Below, one piece after another: positions 47,538-56,340 of a DNA stretch of 64,000 nucleotides. The stretch's first letter is position 1. Every line of letters begins with the position of its first letter. The notes under the pieces are model-generated. The model did not search any database, was not told the origin of the DNA, and worked only from the letters and a program-made list of their open reading frames with translations. The position numbers and the translations under genes were made by a program. This DNA comes from Eubacteriales bacterium. GTDB taxonomy: Bacteria > Bacillota > Clostridia > Oscillospirales > CAG-272. The stretch is from assembly GCA_045656445.1 (NCBI GenBank), contig JAZORD010000010.1, forward strand, positions 17,357 to 81,356. The letters are read 5' to 3'.

Positions 47538-49280
47538 GTGATATACAGCAAAATTTGTGATAGCAATGGAGATTGTTCTGCTAGTCCCTCTGCCGAAGTT
47601 GCCGCGGCTCTTAGCGAGCAGGAAATTTCAGCAAGGCTTTTTTCAATACAAGAGAATATGAAAAGCAAACGATACGATAAGGCACTCGAGGAATATCGCA
47701 CGCTTGCGGATGCCGGCTGCGCCGAGGCAGAGAAGGAATACGCCGCAATTTTGGAAAAAGGGCAGCTCGTACCCAAAAACCTTGATTTAGCTATGAAATA
47801 TTTTTACCGTGCGGCCCTTAAGAACGATGCGTATTCGGCTTACAGATATTCCCGACTTGCCCAAAGAACGAACCGAGATATAAGCAGCTTTTGGCTAATA
47901 TACTCAGCCGTGCTCGGCTGCGCTGCCGCATACCCCGATGCAGCAGAGGAGTTTTCGAGGCAGGGATATGAGGAAGACGCGCTTTACTTTACAAGGCTTG
48001 CCGCATCCTGCGATGATACCGATTCAATAGTATCTCTAGCAAAAAGATATTACGAGGGGATAGGAACCGAGGTGTCCTACGAATACGCAAAATGGTATAT
48101 GGACAAGCTCAAATTTCCACCCATATACGCGCTGAGGCTCGCCTATAAACTAAAAGGAACAACCGCAAAAGAACCGCCGGAAATCACCTTAAAGGGGTAC
48201 GACGGACTGCTCCGCAAGCTCGCAGCAAAAGCAAGGGAATGCTCCTTTGAAGGCGCCTACTTTAAACTTTCCAAAATGCTCGCAGCTCGGGGTGACACCG
48301 ATGCGGCGGCAACCCTGGCAGAGTTGCTCTTGGACGGTCGCGGATGTAAACAAAACATTACAGAAGCATTAAAGCTTTTGACCAAAGCGGCAGCTATGGG
48401 AAGCATCCGCGCAAGCCTTATTCTCGGCGACCTTTATTTCGATGAAAGACTGTTTTCAAGAGATACGCCTACAGCCATCGCCCACTACAAAAGAGCCGGA
48501 GAACTCGGAGCATATCAGGCATACGAATTAATAGGCGATATTTATTACACGGGGTCGGGCTTAACATCCGACGTGGCTCGCGCAGTTGAATTTTACGACT
48601 TAGCCGCGGCGGCAGGCTCAACATCTGCAAAAGAAAGCTCGCGCAAGATAAAAAAAGAAAGAATGGACCTCTTTGAAATGGCACTTGCCTCAAAGAATGC
48701 CGAGGACGCCTTTCGCCTTTATTCTCTTTCTTCATCACTTGGGCTGGCGGAAGCAAAGCTCAAGCTCGCGGAATGTTTTGAATACGGCTTGGGAACAGAA
48801 ATCAACAAACGCGCCGCGTTCCTTTTATACGAGAAATCCGCAAAGCTTGGAAATATCACAGCTCTCACCTCACTTGGCAGATGCTATGCTTACGGAATAG
48901 GAACGAACCGTGACTTTTCCCTCTCAAGAAAGCTTCTATGCAAAGCTGAAGGACTCGGCGACGAGCGCGCCTCACAAATTATCACCGAGCTTATGGAAAG
49001 AAAAAAGCGCAAGATTTCATCAGCGCACCTCTCTGCCGGAATAAGACTTATTTACCAAGGAAAAATTCAAATAGCCAAAAGGCATCTTGAAGCCTCTTCA
49101 TATCTTGAAAATCCCAAGGCAATCTATACCCTTGGCTGTCTTTACGAGTTTGGCGCCGGAGTTCCCTGCGACAAGCAAAGGGCGTACGCTATGTACGAGC
49201 GCGCCTTTTCTCTTCTTTTCAGAGATCCGCGTTCGGTATATAAGCTTGCGATTTTAAGGCTCATAAAATCAACTAAATAA
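47538..49280 (+). CDS. Sel1-like repeat (SLR/TPR-like) protein, cytoplasmic
   Basis: GTG start behind AGGGGGTG. It carries at least 10 repeats of about 36 aa in the Sel1 pattern (e.g. A..YY.KAA..G...A...LG..Y..G.G...D). No signal peptide. Confidence 0.8.
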   Translation: MIYSKICDSNGDCSASPSAEVAAALSEQEISARLFSIQENMKSKRYDKALEEYRTLADAGCAEAEKEYAAILEKGQLVPKNLDLAMKYFYRAALKNDAYSAYRYSRLAQRTNRDISSFWLIYSAVLGCAAAYPDAAEEFSRQGYEEDALYFTRLAASCDDTDSIVSLAKRYYEGIGTEVSYEYAKWYMDKLKFPPIYALRLAYKLKGTTAKEPPEITLKGYDGLLRKLAAKARECSFEGAYFKLSKMLAARGDTDAAATLAELLLDGRGCKQNITEALKLLTKAAAMGSIRASLILGDLYFDERLFSRDTPTAIAHYKRAGELGAYQAYELIGDIYYTGSGLTSDVARAVEFYDLAAAAGSTSAKESSRKIKKERMDLFEMALASKNAEDAFRLYSLSSSLGLAEAKLKLAECFEYGLGTEINKRAAFLLYEKSAKLGNITALTSLGRCYAYGIGTNRDFSLSRKLLCKAEGLGDERASQIITELMERKKRKISSAHLSAGIRLIYQGKIQIAKRHLEASSYLENPKAIYTLGCLYEFGAGVPCDKQRAYAMYERAFSLLFRDPRSVYKLAILRLIKSTK

Positions 49281-49283
49281 AAA

Positions 49284-49330
49284 GCGACGGCAAGTTGCCG
49301 ATTTATCTCGGCTTGCCGTCGCTCTTATTG
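49284..49330. terminator. Bidirectional intrinsic terminator between convergent genes
   Basis: 12-bp stem AGCGACGGCAAG / CTTGCCGTCGCT. Confidence 0.7.
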
Positions 49331-49343
49331 CACCCGTGTGCAA

Positions 49344-49745
49344 TTATTTGCTATTCTTTTTCCCCTTTGCCTTAACCTCGCTTGCGGATTTTATGTAAAG
49401 GCTTATAACGTTTTCAAGCGTTTCCCTGAGTGCAACGCGCAATTTTTGCGGCATTGTTCTCGACTTTCTGTAAAGATGCAAAAGGTGGAGTTCGTCATCT
49501 GAGAGCTCTGAGGTGTCGCTCCTGAGCGGCATATCAAGAAGCTCGCCGACGTTTACTCTGAATTCCTCTGAGAGTCTTGGAAGCATCTTCATATAAGACG
49601 AGGACCTGCCGCGTCGCCAGTTGTTTACGGTTTTCTCAGGAATGCCCAGTGCCCTCTCAAACGCCGCATCGCTCTCAAACTCAGAATCGATTAACGAAAG
49701 TATTCTCTCTCTTATATTTTCAGACACTTCTCTGTTCACTGTCAT
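49344..49745 (-). CDS. XRE-family helix-turn-helix protein
   Basis: HTH segment AAFERALGIPEKTVNNWRRGRSS...LPRLSEEFRVNVGELL. The ATG overlaps the upstream stop (ATGA). Confidence 0.7.
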   Translation of the reverse strand: MTVNREVSENIRERILSLIDSEFESDAAFERALGIPEKTVNNWRRGRSSSYMKMLPRLSEEFRVNVGELLDMPLRSDTSELSDDELHLLHLYRKSRTMPQKLRVALRETLENVISLYIKSASEVKAKGKKNSK

Positions 49746-50359
49746 ATCCTCTTTCGTTTGTCATTACGTGTATTACGGCCCTTGTTTGAAGGGCGGTGCT
49801 TCTTTTTATCTGTGCTGAAACCGAATTTACCAAGCTTTTTCCCAAGGGCATAATACTCTCCGTGAGAATAAGCGATAAGCTTTGCTTTATCAAAGCAGAT
49901 TTTGTCCTTTTCGTCTATTATGCTCTCATCGCAAGACACGTTCACGATATCCGCCATGAAAATATCGTGAGTTCCGCTCTCTATTACGTCAAAAACCTTG
50001 CACTCAAGCGCTATCGGAGCTTCGGCTATCGTCGGAGCTGACACGACCTCGCTTTTCATCTTGGTCAGAGCGCATTTTTCAAATTTATCCACCTTTGCAC
50101 CGGTATAAATTCCAACGTAATCCGTGGCGCGCGCAAGCGCCTCATTTGTCAGATTGATAACAAACTCGCCTCGCTCCTTGATTATTTTGTGAGAGAATCT
50201 GCTCGGACGTACCGAAATATATGTTCTTGGCGGATCAGAGGATAAAATACCCGTCCAGGCTATCGTAATAATATTGCTGTTTTCCATATCTCCCACGCTG
50301 ACCATAACGGCAGGGAGCGGGGCTTCGAGCGTTCCCGCTTTAAAATTTCTTCTTGCCAT
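49742..50359 (-). CDS. Flavin reductase-like (flavoredoxin family) FMN-binding protein
   Basis: Split-barrel flavin-reductase pattern (PAVMVSVG...NIITIAWTG...ISVRPSR.S). It has an unusual basic C-terminal tail (KKKHRPSNKGRNTRNDKRKRI). Confidence 0.75.
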   Translation of the reverse strand: MARRNFKAGTLEAPLPAVMVSVGDMENSNIITIAWTGILSSDPPRTYISVRPSRFSHKIIKERGEFVINLTNEALARATDYVGIYTGAKVDKFEKCALTKMKSEVVSAPTIAEAPIALECKVFDVIESGTHDIFMADIVNVSCDESIIDEKDKICFDKAKLIAYSHGEYYALGKKLGKFGFSTDKKKHRPSNKGRNTRNDKRKRI

Positions 50360-50360
50360 A

Positions 50361-51164
50361 TCAATCTCCGTTCTTAAGAGCTTTTTCGTTTTTATTTGGG
50401 TGCTTTAGCATACCAAGCCAGATTTTTGAGAGAATCGAGTCGGGCAAGGTCTTGAAAAGCGCATGCTGGAGCTTGGTATACCAATTCGTAACGCACATCG
50501 CGCGCCCCTTGGTCATCGCCCTGATACATTTAGCGACGACTCGCTCCGTCTTGAGCAGGGGCTTCATCGCCTTAGGCATCGTAACGGTGGGGTTGTCGGT
50601 TGCCTTTTCAAGAAAATCAGTTTCTACCCAACCCGGACAGAAGCAGGTCGCGCGAAGACCGTATTTTTTTATCTCGTAGTTTAGCGACTTCGTATAGTGA
50701 AGAACGAAAGCCTTTGAGGATGAATATACGTTGAAGTAGGGTAACGGCGTAAAGCAAGATCCGCTTCCAAGCTGAACTATCCTTCCGCCCCATTCCATAT
50801 AAGGAACGGTAATGTGGGTTATAAGAACAAGCGCCTTGGCATTTAAGTCAATCATTTTTTCAACGTAAGACTCATCAAGCTCATCGAACGAGCCGAATTT
50901 TCCAAAGCCCGCAGCATTGACCAAATACTTTACCTTAGGCTTTTCCTCTTCAAAAGCCCCCCTTACTGCGTCAATTCCCTCACGCTCCGTGAGGTCGGCG
51001 CTGATTATTTTCGCCTTAACTCCAAGCTCCTCCGCCAGCGCTTGCATTCTACCAGCTCTTCGAGCGATAAACCAAAACTCATCTACCAAAAGCTTTTCCT
51101 TCATCTGCCTTGCGAACTCACGCCCGATCCCGCTGGATGCGCCTGTTATAATTGCTATTGACAT
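50361..51164 (-). CDS. SDR-family oxidoreductase
   Basis: Cofactor motif TGASSGIGRE and catalytic YxxxK (YSSSK). Confidence 0.88.
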   Translation of the reverse strand: MSIAIITGASSGIGREFARQMKEKLLVDEFWFIARRAGRMQALAEELGVKAKIISADLTEREGIDAVRGAFEEEKPKVKYLVNAAGFGKFGSFDELDESYVEKMIDLNAKALVLITHITVPYMEWGGRIVQLGSGSCFTPLPYFNVYSSSKAFVLHYTKSLNYEIKKYGLRATCFCPGWVETDFLEKATDNPTVTMPKAMKPLLKTERVVAKCIRAMTKGRAMCVTNWYTKLQHALFKTLPDSILSKIWLGMLKHPNKNEKALKNGD

Positions 51165-51173
51165 ATTAACACC

Positions 51174-53186
51174 TTACCTTTTTCCTATTCTTCTTACCGC
51201 CTGTGAAAGAGCCTTGCCCTTTCCATAAGCGTCGGTTATCTCTCGTATATCACGCGCGCTCTCGGTTGTGAAAAGAAAGTGCCCGTGCGTGATTTTCGCC
51301 TCGTCAAGCTCGCCCCGTCTGTCACCCATATAGGTCGGTCGCGAGTTAAAGAGCAGATTTCTGTGCCCGTACTCGTACATAAGCGGAAACCTCGCCCCCG
51401 TCCTATCCAGAAGCGATGCGCTCTCGCACATCTCACAGCCGAAATTTTCCTTTATGAAGCATCGCTCTGTAATCATAAGCGGTATTCTTCCATATACAAT
51501 TTCAGCCCCTCCTATATCTCTTGCCATAGGCAAGGTCAGCTCGGGGGATAGTATCCTACTGGATATACCAAGCTCCTCGTATTGCCTTGCTGTGTAGCTA
51601 TTGGTTATATTAAGTCTGAAATCACCCACCGGTATCAGACCTGACAGGCGTGCAAGCTCGATATGGCCTATATTCCCGACCAAAGCATATTTTGCCCCCG
51701 CCCGCCTCGCCTCGCATAAAAGCGTAAGCACAGACTGCACCTCAGTGTCCGTGACAATGGCAGGAATTGCGACACCCGTTGCCCATCCTCTGAAATGCTC
51801 TATCGGCAAAAACACGACATCAAATAACTCGCGCACGTGAGCCTTCTCAAATTCTCCCACCGTCTTTTTTGAGAAAATTTGCGCCGTTTTCATTGGCTTT
51901 TCTGCGACCCGTGAGAATTTTTCTTCAATATATTCTTCTGCACGCGCAGTGCGCTCGCAGGACTCAAAGGCCGCCGCAGCATCCCGACGCAAAGCGTTAA
52001 TTGCAGATGGCGGCAGATTAACACCGTCCTCCATCTCAAGCTCTATATCCTCCGTCCTGAGCGAAAGGAAGGTAGCCCCCATTTTAGAAAGTCTTTCCTT
52101 CACCTCAGTCTCTTTTAGTGGGGAGCTTTTTGCAGGCTCGGCAGAAATTCCAAGTACAGCAACCTCTTTTCCCGACCCGATAAGAGTCATCTCAGACGGT
52201 TCACCGAGCCTGATTTTAACCTTAGCTCTTACCGAAACTCGCGAAGGCTCAAATGAAATTTCCGAAAGCCCGCGGGTCATCTTCTTATCCTCATCAGAAC
52301 GCACGCCCGTCATCGACGTGAACTTGTCATCTCTGAAATATCCGTCGGTAAACTCTCCGCGCGAGAATACTCGCCTTAGCTCCTCCCGCTCACCCGCATT
52401 AGCACAGCGCCCCTCGTTAAGAAGCCTTCTGTATATTGCCGTTACAGCATACACATACTCAGGAGCTTTCATTCTGCCCTCTATCTTAAGCGATGCAGTC
52501 CCGGATGCGATAAGCTCGTCTATATGCATGGCAAGTGAAAGGTCGGAGAGCGAAAGTATATGTTTCCCCTTATTATATGGGAGTCTGCAGGGCTGCGCAC
52601 ACTCGCCGCGATTTCCGCTTCTTCCGCCGACTAGCGATGACATAAGGCATTGACCGGAATGGCAAACACATAGCGCCCCGTGCAAAAAAACTTCTGTTTC
52701 TATACTGCAGCTTTCTGTTATATTTACAATATTATCAACAGAAAGCTCCCGTGCCACCACTACCCTTTCGCAGCCAAGACGAGCCGCCTCGTTCGCGCCG
52801 TAGCTGTTATGAACCGACATCTGCGTTGACGCATGAATAGGCAGCTTGGGGACTCTCCGCTTTATTTCCCTTATAGCGCCAATGTCACACACGATAACCG
52901 CATCAACCCCTATTCTCCAAAGCTCTGCCGCAAAATCCGAAAGCTCGCGCATCTCCTTATCGTATATAAGCGTGTTCACCGTCACGTAAAGCTTCACGCC
53001 GTGAAGATGGCAGTAAACTACGGCGCGGCAAAGCTCATCTATATCGAAATTTTTAGCATACGCTCTAGCCCCAAAAGACCGACCGCCCACGTAAACGGCG
53101 TCAGCACCGCCCGCAACCGCCGCGTATAAGCACTGCATATCACCTGCCGGCGCAAGAAGCTCCGGCAAAGCACTTCTTCGTTTCAT
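51174..53186 (-). CDS. U32-family protein (peptidase U32 / O2-independent RNA- or quinone-hydroxylase family)
   Basis: N-terminal LLAPAGD...AGADAVYVGG. Intact CX6CX15CX3C motif (CVCHSGQC-x15-CAQPC, aa 173-200, nt 52587-52670). The 670-aa long form carries a C-terminal extension. Confidence 0.85.
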   Translation of the reverse strand: MKRRSALPELLAPAGDMQCLYAAVAGGADAVYVGGRSFGARAYAKNFDIDELCRAVVYCHLHGVKLYVTVNTLIYDKEMRELSDFAAELWRIGVDAVIVCDIGAIREIKRRVPKLPIHASTQMSVHNSYGANEAARLGCERVVVARELSVDNIVNITESCSIETEVFLHGALCVCHSGQCLMSSLVGGRSGNRGECAQPCRLPYNKGKHILSLSDLSLAMHIDELIASGTASLKIEGRMKAPEYVYAVTAIYRRLLNEGRCANAGEREELRRVFSRGEFTDGYFRDDKFTSMTGVRSDEDKKMTRGLSEISFEPSRVSVRAKVKIRLGEPSEMTLIGSGKEVAVLGISAEPAKSSPLKETEVKERLSKMGATFLSLRTEDIELEMEDGVNLPPSAINALRRDAAAAFESCERTARAEEYIEEKFSRVAEKPMKTAQIFSKKTVGEFEKAHVRELFDVVFLPIEHFRGWATGVAIPAIVTDTEVQSVLTLLCEARRAGAKYALVGNIGHIELARLSGLIPVGDFRLNITNSYTARQYEELGISSRILSPELTLPMARDIGGAEIVYGRIPLMITERCFIKENFGCEMCESASLLDRTGARFPLMYEYGHRNLLFNSRPTYMGDRRGELDEAKITHGHFLFTTESARDIREITDAYGKGKALSQAVRRIGKR

Positions 53187-53231
53187 TACTCAACGTTCCC
53201 TGTTTTTATTAATTATGGTTTCTTTCTTACC

Positions 53232-53260
53232 ATTTTATCAAACACCGGAGTTTTTGTCAA
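53232..53260 (-). promoter_or_regulatory. Sigma-A promoter (extended -10) of the U32 operon
   Basis: On the minus strand: TTGACA, a 17-nt spacer, then TGaTAAAAT. Confidence 0.7.
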
Positions 53261-53380
53261 TTAGCATAAATAACGAACATTGTGCCAAAATTTCGTAAAT
53301 ATTGTGAAATCTCTCGGGGTTTTAAGTAAAATTGACAGGTTCTTAAAATTTCGATTCACAGGTCTGATTTTTATATACCG

Positions 53381-53412
53381 TGAAAAAGAGGAAAATCGCA
53401 GATCTTCCTCTT
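53381..53412 (-). terminator. Intrinsic terminator after dpaB
   Basis: Stem AAGAGGAA / TTCCTCTT with T-runs on both sides. Confidence 0.65.
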
Positions 53413-53436
53413 TTGTTTTTATATTCGTTGTGTGAC

Positions 53437-53997
53437 TTAAAGAAAAAGCGGGCGTAGCTGACGTCCCTCTTTCATTGCGGAAAATCCGTCGGAAAGCCGT
53501 GAAAAATCAGCCACGAGGGAGTGTGGCTTGTTTTTGGGGTCATCCTGAAAAAGCGGCAAAAAATACACCGACTTTCTCGTAATAAGCCTTGCAATATTGG
53601 CAAGATTCTGCGACATTGCATCGTTTGACGCAAGCGCTATAAGAAGTGGTCTGTCGCATCTCAGGTGAGCCTTTGCCGCCATTGTTACCGCTGTGTCGGT
53701 AACACCGTTTGCAATTTTTGCGAGTGTATTACCCGTGCACGGAGAAATAACAAGGTATTCAAGGGGGCGTCTTGCTCCAAACGGCTCTGCATCCTCGACG
53801 GTGTGTATTACGCTTTTTGAGCAAATCTCCTCAACATTTTTTATAAAATCCTTTGCCACAAAAAATCTCGTGTCGGTTGAATATGCTTTTTCACTCATTA
53901 TAGGCTGAACATCGTATCCCGCCAAAACCAGCCTCTCAAGCTCTGAAAGCGAGTCGGAAAAAGTGCAAAATGAACCGCAAAAGGCATAACCTATCAT
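53437..53997 (-). CDS. dpaB: Dipicolinate synthase subunit B
   Basis: Flavoprotein-family N-terminus MIGYAFCGSFCTF, with PCTGNT and LASNDA motifs. It overlaps dpaA by 4 nt. Confidence 0.85.
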   Translation of the reverse strand: MIGYAFCGSFCTFSDSLSELERLVLAGYDVQPIMSEKAYSTDTRFFVAKDFIKNVEEICSKSVIHTVEDAEPFGARRPLEYLVISPCTGNTLAKIANGVTDTAVTMAAKAHLRCDRPLLIALASNDAMSQNLANIARLITRKSVYFLPLFQDDPKNKPHSLVADFSRLSDGFSAMKEGRQLRPLFL

Positions 53998-54749
53998 ACC
54001 GCGCCGCCCCCACGTACTAGTCTTTCTACGGCTCGCGCATAGGTCGCGCCCGCGCTTTGTGGATACATTTTTTCAGGAAGCGAGGGAAGATATTCAACAC
54101 CCGCAACACCTTCAAAATTCTTTCCGGAGGCAAGCTCTATTATCCTCATCCCGTCGGAAATTTTTCCATCAGGAAATGCGCCGCGCATATCCTTTGGAGC
54201 TGTATTTATAAGTATTTCTATTCCGGAGAAATCATAGCTTCCGCAAGCTCTTGGAACGCATACGCTGTCTACCCCGCATTCGCCAAGCGAGCGCGCAACA
54301 CCGAGCTTGGAGGTAAAAATCTTCACCCTCGCGCCCAAAAATAAAAGCATTCCCGCGAGCCTTGAGCCTATTCTTCCGTATCCTATTATTCCAAAGACGG
54401 TGTCGGATGGTGCAGTTTCTGTTGTTGTGAGAATATAGCCAAGCGCTCCGTTTGCCGTTAGCGTGGCGTTTTCAGCTTGATATACCTCGTCATCGCAAAG
54501 GTCAAGAACAGTGCAGCCAAGCTCCTTTGCGTCCTTTTTATATTTATCCGGCAGTCCGTATCCGGTTAAAACGCTTCCTGCCCCCGCGTTGCAAAGGGTG
54601 GCAGAAAGAGGAATATCGGTTTTCGTTATATAAATATCATCTTTTGTTGTAGGCACGGGCAAAAGAACGAGATGCTGAAGGGTCAAGCGAGAGCAAAGCC
54701 TTGCCGCCACTGCAAGACGCTCACCCGTACCGTAGGTTTCTAAATTCAT
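53994..54749 (-). CDS. dpaA: Dipicolinate synthase subunit A (short form)
   Basis: Rossmann motif GIIGYGRIGS and the position upstream of dpaB. At 251 aa it is shorter than the roughly 300-aa Bacillus SpoVFA. Confidence 0.72.
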   Translation of the reverse strand: MNLETYGTGERLAVAARLCSRLTLQHLVLLPVPTTKDDIYITKTDIPLSATLCNAGAGSVLTGYGLPDKYKKDAKELGCTVLDLCDDEVYQAENATLTANGALGYILTTTETAPSDTVFGIIGYGRIGSRLAGMLLFLGARVKIFTSKLGVARSLGECGVDSVCVPRACGSYDFSGIEILINTAPKDMRGAFPDGKISDGMRIIELASGKNFEGVAGVEYLPSLPEKMYPQSAGATYARAVERLVRGGGAV

Positions 54750-54851
54750 CGAAATTTACCGTTCCGTCGTATTAAGAGCGCAGATTCTTCTTTAAAAAAG
54801 AGAGTAAGTGCTGAAATATTTTACCTGCGCTCACGCTATTATCCTATGCAA

Positions 54852-54881
54852 AAGGGAGCTTTTTGTTGAAAAAGCTCCCTT
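54852..54881 (-). terminator. Hairpin terminator downstream of the protease gene
   Basis: 13-bp stem AAGGGAGCTTTTT / AAAAAGCTCCCTT with loop GTTG. The external U-tail is weak. Confidence 0.55.
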
Positions 54882-55069
54882 GAATATTTATATACTAACT
54901 GACGAATCGAAACGCCGCGCAACCGAAAACAAGGAATTTAAAGGTTGTTGATGTAAACTTATAATTACATTTTGTCATCCGCGAAGCCTATTTGTTGCAT
55001 AAGGCTCTTTCAGCATCGTGCCCTTGCCTAAACTCATCTTTAGTCAAAAAGCTACCAAGACGCCTCTCA

Positions 55070-56260
55070 TCACCAAGCCTCTATCATATCCTTCGTCATA
55101 GGTATTTCAACGTCTACGTTTACGCCGCCTCTTTCCACGTGAATTATGACACGGCTTCCCTCTCTTGCGTTGAGCATTGTATCAACCAGGTGATAGGTAC
55201 GCGTAACCTCATGTCTTACTCCCTCAATTGTAACCGCCTTTATCACGTCGTTTAGCTGTAGCCGTCCGTTTGCCGCGCCTTCCTTTGAAATCTCACTAAT
55301 CACAACGCGCTCAACCTTATGCACCTTGCCGGTTTCGTTATCGTAAACGGTCTTAAGCTCGCCCGCGTAAACCGTCACGCCCATCATACATCTATACACA
55401 TTTTTCAGATTTTCGCCAAAGCAATAATCCTTGATATTTTTAGCTATTGCGATAGCTACGTTAGACGGTATCGCATATCCGATATTATCGGTTGTGCTGT
55501 TACCCGACTTCGCATTTACAACACCGATAAGCTCACCTTTGTCGTTAAAGAGTCCGCCGCCGGAGTTTCCACTGTTCACCGCTGCGTCGGTACGCATAAC
55601 GCGAAGCTGTACGCTTGTTCCGTTAAAGGAAACGACTATGTTTTCGCTGTCAACGTTAACGTATCCCACTGTTGCGGAAATTCCCTTGCCCTCAGGATTT
55701 CCGACCGCTATTGCGGTGTCAAGAATAGAAACGTTATCCGAATTTGCGACATCTGCCGCGCGAGCGCAGCTCTGCATAAGAACGGTACTGTCCTTAACGT
55801 GAAGAAGCGCAATATCGTAATTCATAGAGCCGCCAACAAATGTTGCATTAATTCCGTATTCCTGCGCCTCCATACCGTAAAGGAAAACCTTAATAGCGCC
55901 GGCTATACTGCCTTGGTTCTGGTCATAAACCACGTGATAGTTGGTAATTATAAAGGCTTCGCCCCGCTCCTTGTCAATCTCGTATATAACGCCCGAGCCT
56001 GCGGAGGAGGAAGTAATTACGCTTACCGCTGACAGAACAGCTTTGCTGGCAGACAGAAGATTTTTATTCTCCGTTGACGTGATGTTGATATTCTCGTAAG
56101 TCGGACCGCCGTTGACGTTTATAGTGTAATTTGGCGTCTCGTCTTTCCCCTGCGAGCCGAGTATTCCATCCGTATCCAAAAACAAACAGGACGAAAGAGA
56201 GCAAAGACTAACGGCAATCAGAAGAAATAGGGATATAATTTTTGCTTTCATATTTTTCAC
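55070..56260 (-). CDS. S1C (HtrA/DegP-like) trypsin-type serine protease lipoprotein with C-terminal PDZ-like domain
   Basis: Lipobox LSSC. Catalytic triad context: TNYHVV (His), YDIALLHV (Asp), GNSGGGLF (Ser). Confidence 0.85.
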   Translation of the reverse strand: MKNMKAKIISLFLLIAVSLCSLSSCLFLDTDGILGSQGKDETPNYTINVNGGPTYENINITSTENKNLLSASKAVLSAVSVITSSSAGSGVIYEIDKERGEAFIITNYHVVYDQNQGSIAGAIKVFLYGMEAQEYGINATFVGGSMNYDIALLHVKDSTVLMQSCARAADVANSDNVSILDTAIAVGNPEGKGISATVGYVNVDSENIVVSFNGTSVQLRVMRTDAAVNSGNSGGGLFNDKGELIGVVNAKSGNSTTDNIGYAIPSNVAIAIAKNIKDYCFGENLKNVYRCMMGVTVYAGELKTVYDNETGKVHKVERVVISEISKEGAANGRLQLNDVIKAVTIEGVRHEVTRTYHLVDTMLNAREGSRVIIHVERGGVNVDVEIPMTKDMIEAW

Positions 56261-56340
56261 CTTTAAGCGGGTATTTGTTTACCTATATTTTACACATCTT
56301 TTGTAACTTTTGTGTTTCGAGCGAATTAATAAAAAATAAA

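Noticed and set aside
47119-49343. Possible genomic islet integrated at tRNA-Thr.
   Set aside because: By eye I found no integrase or recombinase, no direct repeat of the tRNA 3' end, and no obvious compositional shift. It is retained only as a low-interest finding.
51949-52653. 234-aa plus-strand ORF antisense to the U32 gene.
   Set aside because: It is a Ser/Pro/Ala-rich shadow ORF, whereas the U32 frame carries the CX6CX15CX3C motif.
54886-55069. About 185 nt of non-coding sequence between the protease stop and its terminator, containing a 20-codon ORF (MSLGKGTMLKEPYATNRLRG) on the minus strand.
   Set aside because: The ORF has no RBS and no recognisable peptide family, so it is too short to support. 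It is treated as a 3' UTR.
55319-56032. 237-aa plus-strand ORF antisense to the HtrA-like protease gene.
   Set aside because: It is a shadow ORF, whereas the minus-strand frame carries the His/Asp/Ser triad and a lipobox.
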